A DNA stretch of 64,000 nt from Camelus dromedarius (taxonomy: Eukaryota): the NCBI RefSeq assembly GCF_036321535.1, contig NC_087437.1, forward strand, positions 8,990,001 to 9,054,000, written 5' to 3'. The position numbers and the translations under genes are program-made. Each line of letters starts with the position of its first letter. The stretch's first letter is position 1. Of this stretch, positions 1 to 10,107 are shown piece by piece. The notes under the pieces were generated by a model. It saw only the letters and a list, made by a program, of their open reading frames with translations. It did no database searches and had not been told where the DNA came from.

Positions 1-99
1 ATTAAAATATTTTAAAATACGGTTCTTCTTGTTTTTCTTCTTGTTTTCTTTTTATGCACAGATAAATTTGGTGTGCTTTTTCCTGCAATGAATGCTTTA

Positions 100-253
100 T
101 TATACTGTTCTAAGTGAAAAATGTTCTTTGACAACATGATTTTAATAGCTGCACAATGATCCAGTATATAGATGTTTCATATATTTTTTAATAATTCTTT
201 TTTTCTGAATATATGCAATGTTTCCAAAATGTTGTTATTCTGCAACACACACA

Positions 254-287
<34 letters not shown>

Positions 288-870
288 GGAGGAAAACCTT
301 CACCTGGATAAGTCCTATAATATATGATGTATTTTGTTTCTAGGAGATGTGTATATATATGGTATTTCCTAACCAAAGATTCCTAGGCATGAAATTTCTA
401 CACCAAAGTGCACAAACTCTTTGGAAAGCTCCTGACACATATGCAAAATTGTGCTCCAGGTCACCGGTAGCCATTCACACTCCTGGGAGTGGCCACTGCT
501 ATCTTGGTCTTGCTAGCTTAGATTGTTATTACTGTTTCTAACCTGTGTCAATTTGAGAAGTGAAAAATAGGATCTTACTGTGTTTTTCATGTAATTTTCA
601 TTTCTCTGTCTACAAAGGGGAATGAATTTTTGTTCACTTGCTAATTAGCCATTTAGAGTCTTCCTTTTTTGAACTGACTTTCTAAACCTTTGCATCTCAT
701 TGTTTTCAAGATACTGATTTATATTAGCATATTTTTAGATAAATAGTCCAACATCTTTTCTTTTCAATCATTGTTTTTTTACTTTTCTCTATATATTTTT
801 TCAGTAGTCTGCAGACAAATAAAAATTCTTGAGCTTACTACATCCTCACAAATCTTTACCCATGATATAA
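100..870 (-). mobile_element. Ancient, highly diverged L1 (L1ME-like) 3'/ORF2-end fragments
   Basis: Degenerate antisense L1 3'-region phrases (e.g. attagccatttagagtcttc, T-rich tracts); boundaries approximate. Confidence 0.45.
246..284. repeat. (CA)n microsatellite
   Basis: Directly visible CA run with one interruption. Confidence 0.95.
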
Positions 871-890
871 TCATTAAAAGTTTACCTCCA

Positions 891-1031
891 GTCAAGGGGG
901 GAGGCTCAGTGGTAGAGTGCATGCCTAACATGCACGAGGTCCTGGGTTCAATCCCCAGTACCTCCACTAAAAAAAGAAATAAGTAAACCTCATTACCTCT
1001 TTCACCAAAAATAAAAAACAAAACATTTTTT
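891..1031 (+). mobile_element. tRNA-derived SINE, camelid type (Vic-1/SINE_Vpa-like)
   Basis: Pol III A-box-like ggctcagtggtag, B-box gggttcaatccc, A-rich tail, TSD aaagtttacctcca (877-890) / aaagtttatctcca (1032-1045). Confidence 0.9.
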
Positions 1032-1303
1032 AAAGTTTATCTCCATTTTCTTCTAGTTTTTTCATTTATTTTTATAGTTAATTCTGTAGTTTCTGAATTT
1101 ACTTTGGTGTATTTTATTAGCTCAATTTAAGTTTTGTGTGACTGTGTGTGTTTACTTTCCAAAGCTATTGGGGAGAGAGAGTATATAAAAGGACTTTTTA
1201 GTCTGTGAACTAGTAGCTACATTACACATGCTCTAATAAATTAACACTTTACTAGCTTCTCAATAAGATATTTACAATACCTTAAGCATTAAGACCCTCT
1301 TTT

Positions 1304-1660
1304 CTTTATTGAAGTGTAGTTGATTTAATAGTATATTAGCTTCAGATAAACAACAGAGAGTCAATGTTTTTATAGATTATTCTCTAAAGTTCTTAACAAA
1401 GTATTGGCTATGTACTCTGTGCTGTACAATATATTCCTATAGCTTATTTATTTGCTGCATGGTAGTTTGTGTCTCTTAATCCCATGTTTTGCCCCTCTTC
1501 CCTTTCCTCTCCCCACTGGTAACCACTAGTTTGTTCACTTTATCTGTGATCTGTTTCTGTGTGGTTATTTACATTTGTTTGTTTTGCTTTTCAGATTCCA
1601 CATGTAAGTGATAACATAAAGTATTTGTCTTTCTCTGATTTATTTTACTAAACATAATAT
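1304..1660 (-). mobile_element. 5'-truncated L1 3'UTR, part of a 5S/L1 chimeric insertion
   Basis: tttattgaagtgtagttgattt...ctctccccactggtaaccactagtttgt...agattccacatgtaagtgata matches the other antisense L1 3' ends here (2650, 50360). Confidence 0.9.
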
Positions 1661-1735
1661 CACCCTGAACATGCCTAATCTCATCTGATCTGGAAAGCTC
1701 AGCAGGGTTGGCCCGGTTGATACTTGGATGGGAGA
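1657..1735 (+). pseudogene. 5S rRNA pseudogene fragment (about nt 11-90 of 5S rRNA)
   Basis: atatcaccctgaacatgcctaatctcatctgatctggaaagctcagcagggttggcccggttgatacttggatgggaga aligns to mammalian 5S ATACCACCCTGAACGCGCCCGATCTCGTCTGATCTCGGAAGCTAAGCAGGGTCGGGCCTGGTTAGTACTTGGATGGGAGA; many differences are CpG decay. Confidence 0.93.
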
Positions 1736-2629
1736 ACCCTCTTTTATATGTAGAAGTTATAACATACACTAGTATGTAAGTATCTATCTGCTGGTCAGAA
1801 TTCACAGGCAAACACAAATTCTAGCTTTTATTGGAATATCGCTCTCCCTTCGCTAGGTTGATTAATACGTCTTGTGTCATATCACACATCGTATCATATA
1901 TGTCATATATCACATTCTCACATATCCGCTGGTCTATTTCAGAGCTACTCATGTTAGCTCACAGATCTGTCTTTCCCACGTTATACCAACACATCACTCA
2001 TTTAACTGTTTCACTGTTATATTATTTTATATCTATCTGAAGATGGAAGTATCTTATTTTCCTTTTTCAGAGTAATCTATCCAAATGTTTCCAAATAACT
2101 TAAAATTATTTTGCTGAATTCCAAATAATTTTCCCACTGAGATTTTTAATAAGATTTCAACCAAAGTAAGATGTATTTTAAACATAAATAATAACTTTTC
2201 CCTACTCAGTCTGTCCATCCAAAGAAATGCTACTTTTTTTAATGTTTCATAGTTCCTAGAAAGTGTTACAGCTTTGTTTATATGAATTGTAGCCATTTCT
2301 CATTAGAATTGATTAATCGTATAGTTTATATATTTCCATTGTTTCATTAAAGAAAACTTCGCTACATTATGTATTCTAACTGGCCTTACTAATATGTGTC
2401 TCCTGCTGTTTTATTTAGTTGCTTTATTGGATTTTGTTATTAACTCTGTCATAGTTAATCTTCTGGCTGCTTTCAAAACATGGATATAATGACATCAGTG
2501 TAGTCCTCTTGTTTCATCCTTTCCACTGGGTTTAATTCTTGTTATTTGTTCTTTCCTCTTCTGTTTCTTTTTGGCTTTGACTAGAACCTCCAGAAAAGAA
2601 TTAAATAGTAATGGTGTTAACAAATTTTA

Positions 2630-3100
2630 GGGTTTTTTTCCCATTCTTTAATTGAAGTACAGTCAGTTTACAATGTTGTGTCAGTTTCTGGTGTACAGCA
2701 TCATGTTTCAGTCATACATGAATATTGTATATTCCTTTTCATATTTTTTTCATTATAGGTTATTACAAGTTACTGAATATAGTTCCTTATGCAATGCAAT
2801 ATAATCTTGTTGTTATCAATTTTATATGTAGTAGTTAGTATCTACAAATCTCAAAACTCCCAATTTATCCCTTCCCACCCCCTTTCCCCTTTTATAACCA
2901 TGAGTTTGTTTTCTGTGTCTGTGAGTCTGTTTCTGTTTTGTTCATTTGTGTCTTTTTTTTTAGATTTCGTATATAAGTGATACCGTCAGGTATTTTTCTT
3001 TCTCTTTCTGGCTTACTTCACTTAGAATGACAATCTCCAGGTCCATCCATGCTGCGAATGGCATTGTTTCATTCTGTTTTATGGCTGAGTGATATTCTAT

Positions 3101-3140
<40 letters not shown>

Positions 3141-3365
3141 TACACACCACATCTTCTTTATCCAGTCATCTGTTGATGGACATTTAGGTTGCTTCCACGA
3201 CTTGGCTATTGTAAATAGTGCTGCTATGAATATTGGGGTGCATGTATCTTTTCAAAATTAGAGTTTTCTCTGGATATATGCCCAGGAGTGGGACTGCTGG
3301 ATCAAATGGTAAGTTTATTTTTAGTTTTCTAAGGAATTACCATACTGTTTGATACTGTTAAACAC
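2630..3365 (-). mobile_element. 5'-truncated L1 (ORF2 C-terminus + 3'UTR) with internal (TA)n(CA)n
   Basis: Minus ORF 2960-3145 reads EYHSAIKQNETMPFAAWMDLEIVILSEVSQKEKEKY (L1 ORF2 C-terminal); TSD taatggtgttaacaaatttta (2609-2629) / taatggcattaacaaacttta (3366-3386). Confidence 0.92.
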
Positions 3366-3520
3366 TAATGGCATTAACAAACTTTATTGCATTATTTAAA
3401 AACTGGATGGAATTCCACTATAGCTGTATTTTTTAAACCATTCCCCCCTAAACATTAGCCTCTCCAGATGCTTTCAGAGAAAAGAATTCCATGTTAAAAA
3501 TAAAAATCTGTGAAACTTCT

Positions 3521-3913
3521 TGTAAAAACATGTAAAGGAAACAATTCAAAATTGGAGTCGGGGAGCCATGAAGTGGGGTGCTTCCATGCACACAGACACT
3601 CAGGGCATCTTGCTTAGTGCAACAAGAAGAAGGCTGATTTCCTCTCTGCGGACATTAGCAAGCTGCCCACACCAGCAACCAATGAGAAGCCGCCACCACT
3701 TCAAACTCTCACTCTCCTCCAATGAACTTTTGTTCAGAACAACTCCTCCCGACTTCCTCCTTTCCTCTAGAAAAGAACGTTCTTGTGTGTTCTCAGGATT
3801 TGCTTATGGTTCATCATATTTTTTTATCCCGAGTTGGAATTCTTCTGCCATTCCCAAAGAAACTCACTTCTTTTCTTAAATAAAATTGCTCTTTGCTCTG
3901 TTTAAGCTTGACT
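3521..3913 (+). mobile_element. Solo ERV1-type LTR
   Basis: Starts TG, ends ttgact (CA>CT); 4-bp TSD ttct (3517-3520 / 3914-3917); aaaattggagtc motif, CCAAT boxes, aataaa near the 3' end. Confidence 0.7.
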
Positions 3914-4104
3914 TTCTCATTACAGAATTATAGTGTATTTTTGCATGTTTAAGATCAGAGAAATCCTGCAGTTAAAAAAAAAAAAAGCTTAATTTTGTTT
4001 TAGTCCATTATCTAACAGATCACAGAACTTTTCATAGCATTTTAATTAAAACCCATTAGAATTTATGTTTCATTGAACAAAATGAGCCATTAAGTAAAGA
4101 AAAC

Positions 4105-4745
4105 TGTTGGGTGGGGGAAGTGGTCTGCTCTGGGTGCAGTCAAGGGATGCGTTGTCTGAAAAGAATTGAAAGCAATCAGTCCAACTAAAGAGCAGGGTGA
4201 AAACTTTCAGTTTGTCTGAGTTCTAAATTTAGACCATTGTTTCAGTATCTGTTGAGTCTTTGTAACATATATGCTTCAAATTTACACATTTTTATTAACT
4301 GTCTTTTAATAAGTGTTATATTCTGCATGGAAGTTCATTCAAAGATCTTCTGTTTATACAGTTGCTCCCAACACGTGCACGTGCTCATTTTGGGAGCTAA
4401 TTGGTAAAGGACAGAATCGTTGATACTCATTTTGGGCAAAGTTCGCATCACTGTGGGGCTACCTAGTCTTGCCTTTAAGTAGTCAATTGAAATAAAGAAT
4501 AACAGCACCGTGCTAGTAAAGACAAAGAAATAGCATTTTTCTGATTTGTTTGCATTGAGTTATTGCAATTACATAATTTATCGTGACCATCGGAGTTTTT
4601 ATTTGTGTTTAAAATTCCAATCAGTGAAAAGGACTGGGCTATAATATTGTCATTTTCTAGGTGCAGATTTTGTTCCTATATGAAACTTCTTGCTAAATTA
4701 GAGTAATATATTTAACTTGACATTTTAAATTATGCTCACCGGGGC
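4105..4745. mobile_element. Old hAT-type DNA transposon remnant (Arthur/Tip100-like)
   Basis: ggtctgctctgggtgcag...gttgtctgaaaagaatt resembles my recollection of the Arthur1 terminus; AT-rich interior; family not verified. Confidence 0.35.
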
Positions 4746-5009
4746 AGGAAAGCTGGCTGTTTGTATGCCTGAGTCAGTCAGTCATTGGCTGCAGGCTGGG
4801 AGTGAAGCATCTCCCTTTAGCAGATAATTCTTCTTCAGAGAAGGAGGCAGCTGTGATTAGTCAGCACCCAACTCTTGTAGCGGCTGGGATGGTTCACTGG
4901 CCTGGCTAAGGACTCTGAGTCTGGGGCCAACAGAATATACTGCAGGTTCAAAGTTGTCTTTCCATTTATTCTGTCAAAGATTTCTTCAAATATATGTCAA
5001 AAAGACCCT

Positions 5010-5506
5010 TGTGGTGGACTGAAAAATACCCCTCTCTCCCCAGCCAAAAAAAAAAAAAAAAAAAAGCCCATATTCTGATCCCTGGAGTTTGGGCTTAGAA
5101 TACACCTTTTATGGCAAACAAAAAAACAAACCCAAAAGGAATCTTTGCAGGTGTGATTAAGAAATCTGAGATGGGGAAAGAGTCTCGAGTATCCAATTGG
5201 GCCCTTTATGCCATCACATGCATCCTTAAAAGACGAGGGGCAGAGGGGGAATTTTACACAAAAGGCACCGAAGAAAAGTGACATGATCACGGAGGTAGAA
5301 ACTGACATGGTTCAGTTCCCAGTCCAGGAACGCAGCTGGAAGCTTGGGCGGGGCAAGGAGTGGCTTCCCCCGTAGAACCCTGGGAGGGAGCCTGGTCCTG
5401 CCAACACCCTGATTTTGGCCCTCAGGGCTGTGAAAAAATACATTTCTATTGTTGTAAGAGTCCCATTTACTGTAATTTGTAAGCGCAGCCACAGAAAACT
5501 AACGCA
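5010..5506 (+). mobile_element. MaLR LTR (MLT1C/D-like)
   Basis: tgtggtggactgaa...ctttgcaggtgtgattaag...ccctgccaacaccctgatttt...tgtaagcgcagccacagaaaactaacgca are characteristic MLT1 phrases. Confidence 0.85.
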
Positions 5507-5779
5507 GCCCTGCAGTCAGATTCCCAGGTGAGCAGCTCTGAATGAGGCAGACTTGTTCATTTAAAGTAAGCTCTCATTGGCGAGGCCCAAACCTTTTCCT
5601 TATGTTTGTGGATTTATTTTTCCTTAGCAATTTTCTTGAATAGATTGTTGGTGCCATACGAATGAATCTTGCTGTGTATTATTTTTCATGGACTGCTTTA
5701 TGTGTATTTAGTCTCCTTTTATCATTAGCTTATAGGGTCCCGTTGAGCAGAGCTGACTTTGATAAAAGTGGAAAGAAAA

Positions 5780-5965
5780 GAAGTCTTGAAGCCAGCTGGT
5801 CCTGGTTCTGAATCCCAGAACTCAGGCAAGGTACTTAATATTCTGAAGCCTCAGTTTCCTTACCTGTAACCCAGGGATGATGATACCCTATGGTGTAAGT
5901 GCAAATTTCATGGATTAAATGAGGTAAATGCAAGTGCCTGGCTCAAAGGAGGAATCCAATAAAGT
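5780..5965 (+). mobile_element. MIR SINE
   Basis: Core gcctcagtttccttacctgtaa...gattaaatgag. Confidence 0.8.
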
Positions 5966-6783
5966 AAAGATCCTTGTGTCTTCCTTACCTTGAATAACCA
6001 GTACATTCCTTGGCATCCCAGCAACTGAGTAAGAGGAGTTGCTTGCTGAATTGGACACACTTACAATTCAAATTAAATTGCAAATATTTTTTAACGATTA
6101 ATATTTACAGAAAAGTACATCTGTTATTTATATACAAACATTATACATTAGAGTAAATAGTGATCTTGGAACGTATTTATGACTGTGAAAGCCAGTTGCT
6201 AATATTGTTTTTGAGTCTAGTACTTTGCAATCTGAACACAGAAAGCCATCAGCAGTAACCCAGCTTTAGATATACCTAGATGTGTGACATTTATTTGGTG
6301 TCACCCAACTGTGGTCATCTGTTTTCTATATGTTAACAGGCCGAACTAATTGTTTGAAAATTAATAACTGCTAGAAATACAAATGCCGTTCTCAGGAAAG
6401 AAGACTGTTTCTGGGCCGTAGACTGAGCCACTTCGGTAGGAAAGAGACCAAGGGAAAAAAAAAGAAAGCAAATCAGCTCAGAAGAAAGCTGGCCTCAAAA
6501 ATAAATTGAAACTATTAGAGGAGATAGAGTGATAGCTGAGAGATGTTTTGGTGACCTAGTGAGTCCAGGACATGCTGCAGAGATAGAAAAGCCAAAGGAC
6601 CTTAAAAGATGACACTAGTACATTTTTTTCCCCTTGAAAACTGAATAGCAAGTGTCTTAGGGTGTGTCTGTGCTACAGGACCAAACTGACTCTTGGGTTT
6701 TATTCATCTAATTTGCTGCTAGGTCCACTATGACTGTGTATCCTAGTCCTAAAAGTGAGGCTCCCATGCTGTCTTTGTTTTCC

Positions 6784-7758
6784 TGTGTGAAAGAAAAGAA
6801 TAGATATTATTTTTTTCTGTCTTTATTATATATATTATATTAATATATATTATTTTTTCTCTCATATATATATAATATATATATAATATATACAATCTGG
6901 CCCCAGTTCCTGGCACAAAGTTCATAACACCCTATAATTTCCTCAATGATAAGAGTACTGGGAGCATCTTTGGTTCTAATATTTGGTCTTTGACCCTTAT
7001 TTTTGAAAGAATTCCTAAGTGCCTTGGAATTTCCTGGGTGATAGCAGTGTCTTTCCTTCTAATGAGGTGACTCTTAGTGAGCTCCTGGTTGGTATCTGGT
7101 CACCAATAAACTCAAGCCATGATTAGAAGCTGAGCTTTTCAGCCTCAGGCCCCATTCTCCAGAGAGAGGAGAGGGGCCGGAAATTGACTTAATAATCAGT
7201 TATGCCTCCATGATGAAGCCACCGTAAATATCCCCAAAGTATGAGATTTTTGGGTTGGTGTACATATCTATATGCACCAGGAGTGCAGCGTGTCCCACCT
7301 CCCTGGGACAGAAACTCCTGTACTGGGCACTCCTGGACCTCATCCTATGTATCTCTTCATCTGGCTATTCATCTGTATCCTTTATCATTATCCTTTATTA
7401 TGTTATAAACTGGTAAACGTGTTTTCTGGAGACCTGTAAGCCATTCTAGCAAATGATCAAACCCAAGGAGAGAGTCATGGGAGCCCCAGTGTATAAGTGG
7501 TCAATCAAACATATGTATGGTGACCCGGGACTTGTGATTGGCATCTGAAGTGGGGCAGGGGCAGCCTTGTGGGGCTGAGCCCTTAACTTGTGGGCTCTGA
7601 TGCTATCTCCCAGTCAACAGTGTCTGAATTGAGTTAAATTGTAGGATTTCCGCTGGTGCAGAGAATTGCTTAATATGCCAAAAATCCACACCTCTAGTTT
7701 CAGAAGTATCGTGAGTGTGTGAGTAGAGAAAAAATGCAGGAGTGTGTTCTTCTCCACA
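6784..7758 (+). mobile_element. MER21-like LTR with TA-rich expansion near its 5' end
   Basis: ccccagttcctggcac, ctaatgaggtgactctt, ccatgattagaag, tatctcttcatctggct and gaattgagttaaattgtagga are MER21-type phrases. Confidence 0.75.
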
Positions 7759-8964
7759 GCTTGCAAATTCTGATCAGCAGCAAACTTGTCTGTGTATATA
7801 ATATTTACAGTATATTTATATAAGGATGCAATTGTAGCTTCTAGAAATGAACACTGGCCTGTATCAGGAATGCCAAGAATTTACTGAGAATTTCGTAAGG
7901 GAAAATATTAATTTTTTAAAGATTATCTATCAATTTACAGATTAAAAATTCTTATATACTATTATTGTGTTCTTCCCAACAAATCAAGAAAGCAGATTTA
8001 CTCCTGAATCACTCTAAATCTCAAATGTTATGACTTCTTCTGATGTCACAAAACCAGTAAATGCAGAGAGAACCAGAATTCTCATCCATCCCTCATATTC
8101 TTCTCAAGAAGAAACTCTAGGAACTTATATGACAAGAAAGTCAGAAAGCCATCAGGAACAGCTTCATAGAGCACTGGAGTATCGACATTGAGAATGCAGC
8201 ATTGGGGCAAACCTTGTTGGGGTTTCTCATACTCTTGGCACCCGTTTAGTATTCCCAGCAGGTTCTGGAAAGACTCACAGACACAACACAGGGGAAGCTC
8301 TATGCAGAGGAGAGAACACTGCTGAACAGGGCTTTTACCTCAAGGAACAGCCCAAATCCCCAGAAGCCCAAAAGATCTACTGAAGTCAAATTTCTTTCTG
8401 TCCTCATACCAAACCCCATACCACTCTGTGAGTTATAAAACTTCTGCTTCTTTTTCATCTTATCACGCCACTGTTTCCCGCACACTCAACTACCCTTCAA
8501 ATCCCCCTAGGGTTGCACAATTTTGAAAGAGAAGATATCGTTCTCTCTGAAGATGCATCCTTCTGTCTCTCTCCATCCATCCTTTTCTGATTTCTACTGA
8601 ATTTCACTCCTTTCCCATTGGTTGGCATTTTGGAAAAATTTTATGTTTGCAATGTTGTTCTTCCCACTTGTGTCTCGGTCCAAGGTGGGCACTTGGATGC
8701 CTTCTAGAACTTCCTCTTTTAAAAGATGGAGAGAACCAGGAAGAGATAGGGAACAGATAGTCCCAGTCTTCACAAACCAGCTGAGAGTCAGCTCGTGTGG
8801 CCAACTTGCCTTCTGATCCCTTGTTTGTGATTTAACTGACACTTGTAGTAAAGATGGGTTACGAAAGAGACCATTGTGTTTGATATCATGTATAAAAGGC
8901 CTGTGGGACCTTAAAGTGATCAGTGTGCAGATGTGAAACTATACACAGTTGTTCGGTGAATATT

Positions 8965-10106
8965 ATAGCCCTATAATTTATATGGAACCACAAAAGACCC
9001 AGAATCTTGATTAAAAAGAACAGAGCTGAAGTTACCACACTTCCTGACTTCAGGATACACTATAAAGCTAAAGTACTCAAAACAGTATGGTACCGGCACA
9101 AACACAGGCACATGGATCACTGGAACAGACTAGAGATCCCAGAAATAAACCCACACACTTAGGGTCAATTAATCAATGAGAATGGAGACAAGAATGTATA
9201 ATGGAGCAAAGGCAGCCTCTTTAATAAGTGGTGTTGGGAAAATTGGACATGTAAAAGAATGAAATTTAAACATTTACTCACAATATATACAAAAATAAAC
9301 TCAAAATGGATAAAAAACCTAAATGTAAGACAGGACACCATGAAAATCCTACAAGAAAACATAGGCAGAATATTCTTTGACATAATTAGTAGCAATATAT
9401 TTTGAGATTGTTCCTCAAGTAAAGGAAACAAAAGCAAAAATGAACAAATCAGACCTAATTAAACTTAAAAACTTCTGCACAGCAAGGAAACCATTGAGAA
9501 AATGAAAAGATAACTTCCTGAATGGGAGAAGATATTTGCCAATGATATCTCCAATAAGGGGTTAACATAAAAAAAATACACAAACAGTTGATAAAACTCA
9601 ATACCATAAAATAAAATAAAATAAAATAAGCCAAAATACAAAATAGCAGAAGACCTGAATAGACATTTTTCCAGAGAAGGCATACAGATGGCCAACAGGC
9701 AAATAAAAAGATGCACAGCATCACTAATCAGCAGGGAAATGCAAATCAAAGTCACAATAACACATCACCTCACACCTGTCAGAATGGTTATCAAAAAGAA
9801 CATAAATAACCAATATTGGTGAGGATGCGGAGAAAAGGGAACCCTTGTACACTGCTGGTGGGAATGTAAATTGGTGGTGTCACTGTGAAAAACAGTATGG
9901 GGATTCCTCAAAAAAACCAGAAGTAGAACTACCATATGGTCCTGCGATTCCACTCCTGGGTAAATAGCCAAAGAAAACAAAAACACTAACTCAAAAAGAT
10001 ACATGCCCACAAATATTCATAGCAGCATTATATACATTAGCCAAGATATGGAAGCAGCCTGAGTGTCCATCAACAGACGGATGCTTAAATGGATAAAGAA
10101 GTTGTG
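8965..10106 (+). mobile_element. L1 ORF2 C-terminal fragment, missing the normal 3' end
   Basis: Typical late ORF2 sequence (ggaaccacaaaagacccagaa...cttcctgacttcagg; tggtgggaatgtaaattgg); stops at ggataaagaagttgtg with no 3'UTR or poly(A). Confidence 0.92.
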
Positions 10107-10107
10107 C

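Noticed and set aside
891..965. Possible tRNA gene
   Set aside because: A/B boxes are followed by a SINE body and A-rich tail inside a TSD, so it is a SINE.
1657..1735. Functional 5S rRNA gene
   Set aside because: Truncated at both ends, CpG-decayed, single copy, fused to L1.
3521..3913. Possible 5' LTR of the provirus at 10-14.6 kb
   Set aside because: Has its own TSD, no PBS follows, and it shares only short motifs with the 14226-14615 LTR.
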